A DNA stretch of 64,000 bases, taken from Malacoraja senta (Eukaryota). Position 1 is the first letter of the stretch. Each line of letters starts with the position of its first letter. The stretch is taken from assembly GCA_038087875.1 (NCBI GenBank), contig CM075990.1, forward strand, positions 868,001 through 932,000, written 5' to 3'. The notes below the pieces were generated by a model. It saw only the letters and a program-made list of their open reading frames with translations, made no database searches and had not been told where the DNA came from. Positions 12,183 to 24,680 of the stretch are shown one piece after another. A program made the position numbers and the translations under genes.

Positions 12183-14469
12183 CAGATATTCTAAACGTTG
12201 TATTTTGCTAAATTAGCTGTATCAGCCACCAAACTATATTTGAGAAATTGGGTTTCTCACCCATCCAGTTATATTTAAGTTGATACCAACTGAAATTATT
12301 GATTATTGGGATTTACCTTTAACTCTATTAAATTGTCTGGGACTCCGCCCTGAAGCAAGAGATTGGAATTAATTGAAGCCTGTAACAACCTTGTTGTTGT
12401 TATCAAGCAGCCTTCTATTCATCAATTGTAATTGGCAATATATTGGCTTTCAGCTGTGCTATTTGGCATTTGCATTATCAGTATACAACGTGCAAAGGAG
12501 CAAGCTCTCAAGTACTAAGTAGGTCATTGTTACCAGACCTATGCTATTCCAGCTGAAACTATCAAAGTCACCATGGTGGACAAACAGTATTCAGCATTGC
12601 TCCACTAACTTTTCAGCAGTAAATCTTCAGTTAATTACAAACTGATGCTATTGCTCAAAGATGGAAAATTACTAATACCATCTCTAGTTACGGAGGCGGA
12701 TGGGATTGCATGAGTTGCCAATTATTCAGTTATAAGGTATCAACTACCTATAGACACTAGGTGCATTCTATGGGTTAAAGATTTGTGCGGATATGCATGA
12801 CCTGCATGCTCAAGTCCAAGTTGATACACTTTGGTGGTGGTATGTTAATCACGTGGGTACAACCAAGTCAAAGTGTCCGGTGATAGTTTACCTACCCTCA
12901 TTTGGCACTGGTGTATCATCATGTAAAATCAATGATAACATAGAATGGATGTTGGATCACAAAGTATTTAATGACATTGTGGCTCGCTGGAACACTAAAA
13001 GATCGAGATATTTGCATCCAGGCTCAATCACCAGTTGCAAAAAATATGTGGCACATCAGTGGCGATGGATGCATTCTCGCTACACTGGGGAGGAATGTTC
13101 TTTTATGTCTCCCTCCATTTTGCCTCATCAGACGGGTCTTGCAAAAAATTCAGGAAGTTCCCGCTTCAGGCTTCTTCGTAGTGCCTGACTGGCATTTACA
13201 GCCATGGTTCCCGCTGATGTGGGGAATGATAATAGAACCTTATATGGTTATTTCTAGACACAAAGATTTGCTGGTTTAGCTATGACTCGGTAAACCATCC
13301 TCTGCATGATAAAATCAATTCATTGACTTGCAGACTCTGAGACGACCGTTCCTGTGGCTCGGGTTGTTAAACCAAACCATGGGTATGCTCACTGCAGATT
13401 GCAGGGATAGCACCAAATAAGCAGTATTTTCCTCAAAAGGAGATGGGAAGTAGTTGTTTTATGCTAATATTACATGTTTCGGCACAGATGACTGACGTCT
13501 TGAAGTTCAGGTTATATGGGTTTTGACAAATATTAAGTTAAAGTGCCATTTATTGTGTCGAACGTGCCTTCTCATCATATTGGCTTCGGGGAGCAGAATC
13601 CACTCTGTCGGGTCTCGCTCTCTGATATCTAAATTATGAAGGGTATCTTCAAACTCAAAACCTCCCAGGCCCAGGTACGCAGAAATATGGGATGTTAACA
13701 TTGTGCTAACGCCGCTTCGCCAGTGGGATCCAGCTACACCCCTGTCCTTGGTCAAACTCACTTACAAAGTGGTTATGCTCATGGCGCTGAGTCCAGCGCA
13801 ACGGGTCCAGTCATTGCATAAGCTAGGGTCTGGACAGGATGATTATATCTGCAGGCAAAATAACATTTTATGGTTATGTCTTAGTCAAGCAGAATAGACC
13901 AGGGGCATCAGGTCTTAAACTAGACTTGTTGGCATATCCCTTGGACCTTCGGTTGTTTGTGATCACACATCTACACCAGTATGTTAAGGTCACTAAGAGC
14001 TTAAAGACTCTGAACTAGCAATATTTGTTAGTTACATAAAGCCTCATAAGTACGTATCACTACAGACCATCTCCAGGTGGTTAACGGGTTCTGGCTTATA
14101 CAGGAGTGAACACTGACATTTTTAAGTCTCACTCCACCAGGGCTGCAACAACATCAGCAGCAGCGTTATGGACGTTTCACGGGACCACATCCTAGCGGCT
14201 GCAGGATGGTCAAATGAACGATCTTCCAAACATTTTAGAACTAACCCATTGCCAGGCCTGGGGTATTTGCCAATGCTATGTTCGGTTCTGTTTATAGTTT
14301 CCTCCCGGTTGAGGGAGGTTACTACTATCATTAATTATGCATTAAAAGCATCAACATGTCTATATCAATGTCATGTCTGACTGCATTATTATTGTTCACT
14401 CATCATTGGTCAATTGATGCAGTGAGTGATGCATGGACTCGTTTCCACGGCATGATATCACAGAGCTTT

Positions 14470-15217
14470 GAAATCTTCACGTAGTCACTCACATGACTCC
14501 GAAGTAAAATAGTAAGATTAAACGAGAACTTACCAGTTTGAAGTTTGATCTTTATTTTATGAGGAGTTACGTTGAGGGATTACGTGCCCTCCACGCCCAA
14601 CCCTCTATCATAAAGGTCAACTGGTATTCTAGTCTTCTCTTATCTTACTATGTTTAGTTCAATAAACTGTTATCTGTGATCTCACACCACTGCTTTGAAG
14701 ATTGACGCGCATGCGTGCTGGCGTGTTCTTCACGTAATCCCTCAATGTAACTCCTCATGAAATAAAGATCAAACTTCAAACTGGTAAGTTCTCATTTAAT
14801 CTTACTATTAATTATCATATGTACCAGCAATAGAACAATGAATTTCTTATTTGCTGCAGCGTGACCTGTAAAAGTAAGAACACACAGATAATATATAACT
14901 ATCAAAATTGTAAAAAATTAATAAACCCAATGCTTAAGAAACATAATGGTGCAAAACCCAAAGTTTGTTGAGCAGCCAAAGACACAGTTTAAAGAATATA
15001 CATTAATGATTTAGATGAAGGATTTAAAAGTAACATTAGCAAATTTGCAGATGACACTAAGCTGGGTGGAAGTGTGAACTGTGAAGAAAATGCTATGAGG
15101 ATGCAGGGTGACTTGGACAGGTTGGGTGAGTGGGCAGATGTATGGCAGATGCAGTTTAATGCAGATAAATGTGAGGATATCCACTTTTGTGGCAAGAACG
15201 AGAAGGCAGATTATTAT
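14470..15217 (+). repeat. Direct repeat copy 1 (748 bp), flanking the L1 element
   Basis: Near-identical to 23161-23909. It contains the DIRS ICR/right end, a LINE tail and a CR1 RT piece. Confidence 0.95.
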
Positions 15218-15634
15218 TATTATTATTATTTTTTTTTTTAATTTTTATTTATTAGAAGTACATTACATTACAACCACATACATTAATACTCGTCATTTAT
15301 ATCTTCTTACAATTAATGTACTCCCTTTATTTATTTTTTTACACTAGAAAAGGAAAAGATTGAAAGAAAGAAGAAAGTGAAGGAAAAAGTGCAAGTGTAG
15401 AAAAGTGTAGAAAATGTAACAACAAAAAAGGACGAAGACCCTATAAGAGCGAAATTAAAAACAAAAAGAAAAAGAGTTAAGAAATAGGCCCTAAGAAAAG
15501 AAAAGAGAAAGAGAAAAAAAGAAAAACAAATGTTTTTTTTTTGAGCATCACGTAAATAGGACATACCAACTCTTCAACTATCATCCCCCCTTACCTGACC
15601 TCAATTTTTAATTTTTTTTAAGTACTTTTGCACC

Positions 15635-16571
15635 CTATGTTTGTAATAATTCTATAAATGCAGACCACGTCAGGTGGAAGTGATCTGGTTTACCTGCTAG
15701 GAGGAGTCTTATCTCTTCTAGGTGTAATGTTTCAAACATATTTGAAATCCACATATTTATAGTTGGTATTGGAGCCTTCTTCCAAAATTTTAGAATTAGC
15801 TTTTTTCCAGTTATTAACCCATAGTCCATTAATTTCTTTTGAAACACATTTACTTCTGGATCATCTTCCGTTATTCCGAAGATAATCCATTCTGCTTTGG
15901 GTATCAGTCTTGTTTTAAATAACTTTGTAAAGATTTCAAAAATTTCATTCCAAAATTTTTGGATTTTTGTACAGAAGACAAATGAGTGCGCTATAGATGC
16001 TTCTTGGGATTGACATTTATCACAAATAGATGATACGTTTGGGAAAATTTTATGAATTTTAGTTTTCGAATAATATAATCTATGTAAAATTTTAAATTGT
16101 ATTAAAGTGTGTCTTACATTAATCGAGCATTTATGCACGTTTAATAAGTATTCATTCCAACTTTCCTTTGAAATTTTAATAGCTAACTCTTGTTCCCAGT
16201 CTCTTCTGATACCCTCCGTAGGTGGTATTTGTACATTTAAGATAATATTATACAAATATGATATTAAGTTTGCTGATTCCGCTTTTATCTGCATTGCCTC
16301 GTCCAATACATCTACTGGATTATTATAATGATCTTTTGTATATTTTTTCAAATAGTCGCATATTTGAAAATATTTAAAATATTGATTATTTCCGAGTTTA
16401 TATTTTATTTGTAATTGTTGAAATGAAAGTAATTTTCCAGTTTCATACAAGTCACCAAGCGTATTAATTCCTAGTCTATACCATTGTGTATAAGCTTTAT
16501 CTATAATAGAAGGACTAAACGAAGGGTTATTGACTATAGGTAATAAAAGTGATAAGTTTCTTAATTTTAAA
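15635..16571 (-). pseudogene. L1-clade ORF2 C-terminal region
   Basis: QFKILHRLY, CDKC...HSFVFC...FWNEIF motifs typical of the L1/Tx1 ORF2 C-terminus. Confidence 0.85.
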
Positions 16572-19500
16572 TTTTACTTCGGAGTCACGTGAGTGACTAC
16601 GTGAAGAAGCCCGTCAGTGCGCCTGCGCGTCATTACGTCAGACGCCTTGACGCAAACGGACGTGAGGAGCAGTGCTCCTCGAGTGGTTTGTAGTTTTTCA
16701 ACTACAAGGTAAGTAAAAACTTTTTTACAGGTTTTCCAGGTCCGTTTACTGTGGGTCTATGGCGATTTTTTCCACAGACGCCATGGGAAAAAACGGACAG
16801 GGGGAAGAGGCGAGCGACATAGCCGACAGAAGTCGGGAAAGTCGGGAGTCCGCGGTTAGAGACCAACCGCCTCTAAACCCCGGTACAGTCGCCAGCGGTG
16901 AGCATAGCGACTGTGGACCTGGGGGCTGGTGAAAACACAGTCAGTGCCTGTCGGGCAAAAGACAAAGTTTAAATCCCAACGGAGGGAGTCCCAGGCAATG
17001 AAGAAGCTCCAGGGCTAGATACTGCTTTAAAGCGTATTGCCCAAATAGAAAGCCTTTTACACAGGCTGTTGGAGCAACGTTCACTCAGTGAGGAGTGTTC
17101 TGAAAGCCAAGCTGCTGGAAACAGCTCAAACAGCTCCTGGTACAGGGCTAGATACTGCTTTCGAGCGTATTGCCCAAATAGAAGCCTTTTTCATAGGTTG
17201 TTGGAGCAAAAGTTCACTCAGGAAGGAGTGTACTGTAATCCAAGCTGCAGGAGCAGCTTAACAGCACCTGGCTCAGGGCTGATGGAATGCACCCTCAGGA
17301 ATGAGGAGCGTGCTACGGGTCATGAGATTTCAGACCCCGACTCTGACGGTGAGGCTGTACAAGGCGATGAAAGGCAGCTGCCAGATGTTCCAACCCTGGT
17401 AGTAGGATTCGCTGCCCCGTCAGGGTCAGGAGAGCCATTAGGAAGAACTGGCCTCCTTAATAAATTACTTGGTTTACCATTAGCTGGAACAGCATGAAAT
17501 GGATGAGACTGCAAGAGTATCTGGAATCAGTTGCAGAGAATATTAAAGCTGCTGGGTTCTGAAATAACTGCTTTTACCAGAATAGCAGGTAACAACCAAA
17601 AGATGACGAAGTTGCATCAGCAAGCACTGGGGTTGCTATGCAGCACCCACTTCGAGAAGTGCTATACGGTCTACTATGAATCCGAAATTCGCAGCACTCT
17701 GCAAACCAAGTAATATACAAATTACCCAACTTACTCTTTGGAGAGATCTCGGGAGACATATTAAAGAGTTGGAAGATGAAGCGAAAACAGGATTGATGAA
17801 GACATCAATGGTTGTGAAGTCTGTAAAGAGGAAGTATCCTTTCAGACATCATACGGATCCTGGACCAAGTCGCTCATCAACGCAGGGACGTAGTTGGCGG
17901 CCTGCAGCGGGAGCAAGAACCAGTGGGCGTGCTTCCGGGAGAACCCAGGAATCTCAGGGTACTGAAATGACTCAAGAGGTAGGTGGACCTGGTTCTCATG
18001 GGAACATACTAACTGGATTAAGTCCAAAAGTTGGAGGCAGGTTACATTTCTTCTATAATAATTGGAAGAAAATTACTTCAGATGTGGTAATCCTGAATAA
18101 TATACAAGGATTTCGAATTGAATTCAATCCAAATTATGATTTGCCTGTTCAGCATGTTCCTAGCCGAACTCTGCACTTTGTACAAAAAGAAGTGATGGAG
18201 GTTCAGGTTGCAATTGAAACCCTATATAAAAAAAAGGGGTTATTGAAAAATCAGTCTACCAAAGTCACCAATTTGTGTCAAAAATATTCCCTCGATCAAA
18301 AAAGGATGGAGGATGTAGGATTCTTGTAGATTTGATAAATCTGAATCCTTTTGTGCAATTTAGACATTTTAAAATGGAAACATTTGTGATTGCCAAACAG
18401 CTTATTTCAGAAGCATGTTATATGGCAACTATAGACTTGAAAGATGCATATTATTCAGTGTCTGTTCATTCACAAGATAGGAAGTATCTTAAATTTAATG
18501 GATGAACCAGTTGTGGCAGTTCATAGCTCTGCCTAATGGGTTAATATCTGCACTCAGAATATTCACAAAAATTGTTAAAACCAATTCTGGGCTTGCTGAG
18601 TAGCCAGGGGCATGTACTAATGGCATATTTGGATGATGTCTTGATTATAGGAAAGACAAAACAGTCAACAGAAGTATCTGTTGCAGTTGTGAAATCAACT
18701 TTTGAAAAGTTGGGGTTTCTAATTCATCCACAGAAATCTAGGTTAACACCATGTACCTCTATTAATTATTTGGGGTTCACAATTGATTCAGTCCAAATGA
18801 ATATCACTTTGCCCAGGGAAAAGGGTGGATTTGATTAAAGATTGCAGTAATCTCCTAAACGAGCAAAAACCTTCAATTAGACAGGTGGCTCGTGTACTGG
18901 GAAAATTAGTAGCAGCATTCCCAGCAGTCCAATTTGGACCATTACATTATCAACAGCTGCAGAGACTTAAAGAACAGGCACCGAGAATGCATGTTGGTCA
19001 TTTTGATAGAACCATGCAACTAACAACAAATGCTGTTTCTGGTCTGCAGTGGTGGATTCTACATGTCTCAAGCAGTTCCAGCAAAGTGCTGATTGAACAA
19101 CCTTCCATGATATTACAAACTGATGCCAGTGCACCAGGATGGGGTGCAACTGACTTAACGTCTAGCTGAGGAGGCAGATGGAATCAGGAAGAGTCATTGT
19201 TACTGCAGACATGGGGAATTAACTATTTGGAGCTGCTAGGATGTTTCTATGGGCTCCAAGCTTATTGTTCTAACACAACTAATAAGCATGTTCAAGTTCA
19301 AATTGATAACACAACAGTAGTTGTTTATATTAATGATATGGAATTAAGTCGGTGTCTTGTGACAAAATGGTTAATCAATTTTGGGCTTGGTGTATTGAAA
19401 AGAACATTTGGATTTCAGCTATCTATCTACCAGGTAGAATGAACGATAGCAGACACCAAGTCACGAAAAGTTCCATGATAATAAAGAATGGATGTTGAAT

Positions 19501-20333
19501 CAAGAGGTATTCAAGGATATAGTCATCAGATTTGGAATGACCGACATCGACTTGAATCATCAGCTATCGAGATATGTCTCATGGAAACCAGATCCAGGAG
19601 CAGTGGCGATTGATGCTTTCTCGCTACATTGGGGTGGTATGTTTTCATATATATTTCCACCTTTCTGCCTCATAAGCCAATGTTTGCTTAAAATCAGGCA
19701 AGATGCTGCTTCAAGGGTATTGGTACTACCAGATTGGCCTACACAGCCATGGTATCCGTTGATATTAGAATTAACAACACAAATGTTGATGAAAGTCCCA
19801 AAAAAGAGTAATTTATTGCTGCTCCCTGTACAGGGGAACAACATCCATTATATGATCGTTTGGATTTGTTGATTTGCAGGTTTTAAGAATGCCTTTTCTG
19901 GGACGAGGACTGTCTGAGCATACTGTGGACATGCTTACGGCAGCCTGGAGGAAGAGCACTCAAAAACAGTACCTTTCTTATATTAAGAAATGGGAAAAGT
20001 TCTGGGTACAAAAGAATGTGCAATAAAGTACTGCAGATATTTCAAATGTTTAGAAATTCTGTCAAAACTTTATTATGATGAAGGTCTGAGTTGTAGTGTA
20101 ATTAATTCAGCCAGAAGTGCATTGTCCTCATATTTGGTTCTGGATTCAGAAAGAAACTCAATTGGGTCACACCCAATTGTTTTCAGAATAATGAAAGGAA
20201 TCTTTAATTCCAAACCACCGAAACCTAGGTACGTGACAATCTGGGATGTAAGTGTGGTACTGAAACTACTTCGTGATGGTTATCAAGTGTGTCTTTACCT
20301 TTGGTCAAGCTCAGTATGAAAGTATTCATGTTT
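16572..20333 (+). mobile_element. Second DIRS1-type element (gag, RT/RNase H, MT-like, YR start); 3' end lost in the gap
   Basis: Same left terminus as 6730. Motifs VGGRL, FKMET, IDLKDAYYSV, AYLDDVLI, TDAS..GWG, INYLEL, QIDNTT, YIFPPF and SARSALS occur in frameshifted pieces. Confidence 0.92.
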
Positions 20334-20533
20334 NNNNNNNNNNNNNNNNNNNNNNNNNNNNNNNNNNNNNNNNNNNNNNNNNNNNNNNNNNNNNNNNNNN
20401 NNNNNNNNNNNNNNNNNNNNNNNNNNNNNNNNNNNNNNNNNNNNNNNNNNNNNNNNNNNNNNNNNNNNNNNNNNNNNNNNNNNNNNNNNNNNNNNNNNNN
20501 NNNNNNNNNNNNNNNNNNNNNNNNNNNNNNNNN
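20334..20533. other. Assembly gap (200 N)
   Basis: Run of N. Confidence 1.
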
Positions 20534-21092
20534 TCTGCTATATTAGTGTTATTTATATAGGTATTGAGGAGTTCCCCAGTTTTCGATTTCATATTCCCTC
20601 TCTGTTTTTGACTTGATTTATCTAAGTACGGATCTAAAACACAGTTAAAGTCTCCGCCTATTATAACATTTTGATAGTTTGACTCTGCAATTATATTGAA
20701 GATTTTATTGAAAAAGTGGGGGTTATCAAAGTTAGGGGCATATATATTTACCAAAGTAAGTGGAGTGTCATGGATTTCTCCATTAACTATTAGGTATCTC
20801 CTATATCTGTTATAATATTCTTTGCTTTAAATGGTATACCTTTTCTTATGATAATTGACGTGCCTCTAGATTTTGAAGTAAATGAAGAATGGTATGTTTG
20901 ACCTATCCATTTCGCCCTCAGCCTAACTTGATCCTGAGGTTTTAGGTGTGTTTCTTGTAGGAAGGTAATGTCAGAATTGTACATTTTTAGCTGAGCTAAT
21001 ATCTTACCCCTTTTGATAGGTTCGTTAATACCTCTTATATTCCAACTACAAAATGAGATTCCTCCTAGGTTCTTTTGTGTGGTGTCATGCAT
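20534..21092 (-). pseudogene. L1-clade ORF2 N-terminal APE endonuclease (one frameshift)
   Basis: SWNIRG, FLQETH, NIYAPN, IGGDFN. Confidence 0.9.
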
Positions 21093-21897
21093 TTTGAATA
21101 ATTATAGTACCTTTGAATCTTGTGGTGCGTCCATGTCCCAGGTCTTTAGGTATTGGGGGAGTTTTTGAATTATTAACTTTTGCTGGTATGTCCATTTTAC
21201 TCTTATCACTAAACACAAAACACAAACAAGTGATTTATGTGGTAAAAAAAACCCTAAAAAAGTGAGGCTACAGTGTCTGATATAGTCGGCACTGTAGCGA
21301 GTGTCCCACCTGTAGGTGGGAAAAAAACTTGTTTTGACTTCCATTGCGTTGTTACTCAAATAGCTCCGCTCTCTTAGTTAATCATAACATATTAAAATAT
21401 TAAAACGAGGCCTCACATTCAGATATATAATACAATTTTACCCTGATATTTCCTTATAACATATATATATATCGGAGTTTAATTATTAAACCAATATTTT
21501 TGATTTCAATAAGAATCAACTGTTGGTTGAAGGGGTTAACGAGACGTGCTCCTGGACATAAGCCAGGAGCTCGTTTCTCATCCCCTCCTCCCGCTTATAG
21601 ATAAGGTTACAATTTATTAAAAATTCATATTAGTATGTTAGTTCATTATTTTTATTTTTTTTGTTAGTATTCTAATCTAACCTGCATAACTTGTTAAGTT
21701 GTTAATAGGATAAGTTCTTACAATTGGTTATAATATTTTAATCAATAAGCAATTATTTTCTGATTTATATTCCAACTGTTCAGTTGTTTACACGTTTTGA
21801 ACAGAAAATGTCCTTGATTCAACATTCCAGAGATAACAGTGTAACCATCCCAGACAAAACATTGCTGAGAATGGTTCGGATCTGCCAAAACTCCCTT

Positions 21898-22967
21898 TCA
21901 TTTCTGTTTTTCAACGATCGTTTGGGCATATTTGAATGCGTCTTCAGGCTTAACAAATGACTTTTCAAGACCATTAAAGGAAATACGCATTTTCGCGGGA
22001 TAAAAAACCCCAAATCTGACCCCTTCTCTCCCTCTTAAAAGATCTTTAACCTTATCAAATTTGTTTCTTTTTTGCACAATTTCATACGGGTAGTCCCTGA
22101 ATATCTTAATAGTGTCCTTGTCCAGCCGCAATTGTACACCATATTTGATTTTGCTCATAACATATTCCAGTTCTGCAGTATCTCGAAATTTCACTATAAT
22201 ATGTCGTGGATAAGCTTTTCCGCACCAGATCTTTTTCCAAATCTTGGGACACGATGAGCCACTTCGATTTTCGGTTCCTTGGAAAGATTCAACAGTTGTT
22301 TCAACAAGCCCATGGCAAATTCTCGTACCTGTTCCCCTTCTGCCCCCTCTGAAACACCAAGAATTCTCAAATTCTGGCGTCTAGAGCGAGCTTCCAGGTC
22401 CAGGCATTTGACTGAGACTTTCTCTAATTGAGTCCCCATTTGTAGTGACGCTTGTTCGTTTTCTCGCCTCATTTGCTCATGTTCTTGCCTCAATTTCGCC
22501 ATGTCTTCAACCAGTCGAGCCGTGTTTTTCTCCAATTCCGTAATTGTGTGCATACTTGCAGCTACTGTTTCAAGTACAGCCGTGAACTTATCCGTAGTAA
22601 TTACATCCATCTTATCCATTTTCTCTGATAGTCCATCTTTCACCTCATCAATTCGTTTATTCATAATGTCCAGTAAATCCATCATATTCTTCTGGTTACC
22701 AGCATTTAAATCCTTCATCATCTTCTCCATTCCTTCCATCATTTTTGCCGTATTTTCCTTCATTTCCTTCTTATCTTCCACCCTATTATCCGAAATCTCA
22801 TCTTTCAAATTTTTCATTGATTTCTTCAAGTCATCAAAGTCTTTCTTAGATCTTGTATCCATTTCTGCAGCCACTTCAGAGACTTCAGAGGTAACTTCTG
22901 CTTCAGACTTTTTCAGCAGCTTTTTCACTGCTCTCTGAGGGCTCACAGCTGGAGACAATTTACTCAT
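21898..22967 (-). pseudogene. L1-clade ORF1 (coiled coil, RRM, CTD), one frameshift near 22215
   Basis: DLEARSRRQNLRILGVSEG, AHRV, (PRH)IIVKF, IFRDY, YPAKMRI. Confidence 0.9.
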
Positions 22968-23160
22968 TTAAAGGGCTTCAAACCACCGTTTAAAACATCG
23001 CGTTTAACGATGACGTCATCAGCGCGGTAACCAGAAGCTCCGGTAAGGTTTTTAAAACAATCCCGATTTCTGGACCCGTTTTACACGATAAATCGTGAAG
23101 TTTGTCGGGAGAGGAGCTAGGTGCACGTCTGTTAGTCCAACATGACGCCACCGGAAGTCA

Positions 23161-23909
23161 GAAATCTTCACGTAGTCACTCACATGACTCCGAAGTAAAA
23201 TAGTAAGATTAAACGAGAACTTACCAGTTTGAAGTTTGATCTTTATTTTATGAGGAGTTACGTTGAGGGATTACGTGCCCTCCACGCCCAACCCTCTATC
23301 ATAAAGGTCAGCTGGTATTTCTAGTCTTCTCTTATCTTACTATGTTTAGTTCAATAAACTGTTATCTGTGATCTCACACCACTGCTTTGAAGATTGACGC
23401 GCATGCGTGCTGGCGTGTTCTTCACGTAATCCCTCAATGTAACTCCTCATGAAATAAAGATCAAACTTCAAACTGGTAAGTTCTCATTTAATCTTACTAT
23501 TAATTATCATATGTACCAGCAATAGAACAATGAATTTCTTATTTGCTGCAGCGTGACCTGTAAAAGTAAGAACACACAGATAATATATAACTATCAAAAT
23601 TGTAAAAAATTAATAAACCCAATGCTTAAGAAACATAATGGTGCAAAACCCAAAGTTTGTTGAGCAGCCAAAGACACAGTTTAAAGAATATACATTAATG
23701 ATTTAGATGAAGGATTTAAAAGTAACATTAGCAAATTTGCAGATGACACTAAGCTGGGTGGAAGTGTGAACTGTGAAGAAAATGCTATGAGGATGCAGGG
23801 TGACTTGGACAGGTTGGGTGAGTGGGCAGATGTATGGCAGATGCAGTTTAATGCAGATAAATGTGAGGATATCCACTTTTGTGGCAAGAACGAGAAGGCA
23901 GATTATTAT
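23161..23909 (+). repeat. Direct repeat copy 2 (749 bp)
   Basis: Matches 14470-15217. By eye it differs by one substitution and one extra T near 23310-23320. Confidence 0.95.
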
Positions 23910-24680
23910 CTGAATGGTGTCAGGTTAGGAAAAGGGGAAGTACAATGAGATCTGGGTGTCCTTGTACATCAGTCACTGAAAGTAAGCATACAGGTACAAC
24001 AGGCAGTGAAGAAAGCTAATGGAATGTTTGCAGTTGTACAGGGCCCTAGTGAGACCACACCTGGAGTATTGTGTGCAGTTTTCGTCTCCAAATTTGAGGA
24101 TGGACATTCCTGCTATTGAGGGAGTGCAGCATAGGTTCACGAAGTTAATTCCCGGGATGGTGGGACTGTCATATGATGAAAAAATGGAGCGACTGGGCTT
24201 GTATTCACTGGAATTTAGAAGGATGAGAGGGAATCTTATGGAAACATATAAAATAATTAAGGGATTGGACACGCTAGATGCAGGAAACATGTTCCCAATG
24301 TTGGGGGACGCCAGAACCAGGGGCCACAGTGTAAGAATAAGGTGCAGGCTCAAAGGGCCGAATGGCCTACTCCTGCACCTATTTCCTAATAAGGGGTAGG
24401 CCATTTAGAACTGAGATGAGAAAAACGTTTTTCACACAGAGAGTTGTGAATTTGTAGAATTCTCAACCTCAGAAGGCAATGGAGGCCGTTTCACTGCATG
24501 CATTCACAAGAGAGTTAGATAGAGCTCTTAGGGCTAGCGGAATCAAAGAGTACGGGGAGAAGGTAGGAATGGTGTACTCATTGTGGATGATCAGCCGTGA
24601 TCACAGTGAATAGCGGAGCTGGCTCGAAGGGCCGAATGGCCTACTCCTGCACCTCTCGTCTATGTATCTATGTATCTATA
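23687..24680 (+). mobile_element. CR1 LINE 3' fragment (the L1 insertion target)
   Basis: FADD..LGG and [10 protein letters not shown] motifs, 3' stem-loop and TATCTATG tail. Confidence 0.88.

Larger units (their letters stand above)
6730..14809 (+). mobile_element. DIRS1-type tyrosine-recombinase retrotransposon, complete termini, decayed ORFs
   Basis: Left terminus TTTTACTTCGGAGTCACGTGAGTGACTACGTGAAG. An internal complementary region at 14475-14586 matches both ends, and there is an inverted terminal repeat near 14704-14735. Decayed RT (~8450-8800 and 12183-12350), methyltransferase-like (PPFCLI, ~12950-13270) and YR (HSTRAA, AAAGWS, ~13380-14250) segments. Confidence 0.92.
15218..23160 (-). 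mobile_element. Full-length L1/Tx1-clade LINE, interrupted by a DIRS element and an assembly gap
   Basis: 5' end GACTTCCGGTGGCG at 23160, then ORF1, a ~800-bp spacer, the APE start, the ORF2 C-terminus with a CCHC-like motif, a 3' UTR and an A-rich/(AAT)n tail at 15218-15250. Confidence 0.9.

Noticed and set aside
23161..23500. Right end of the second DIRS element
   Set aside because: It is a duplicate of the first DIRS end, including ~410 bp of its downstream flank.
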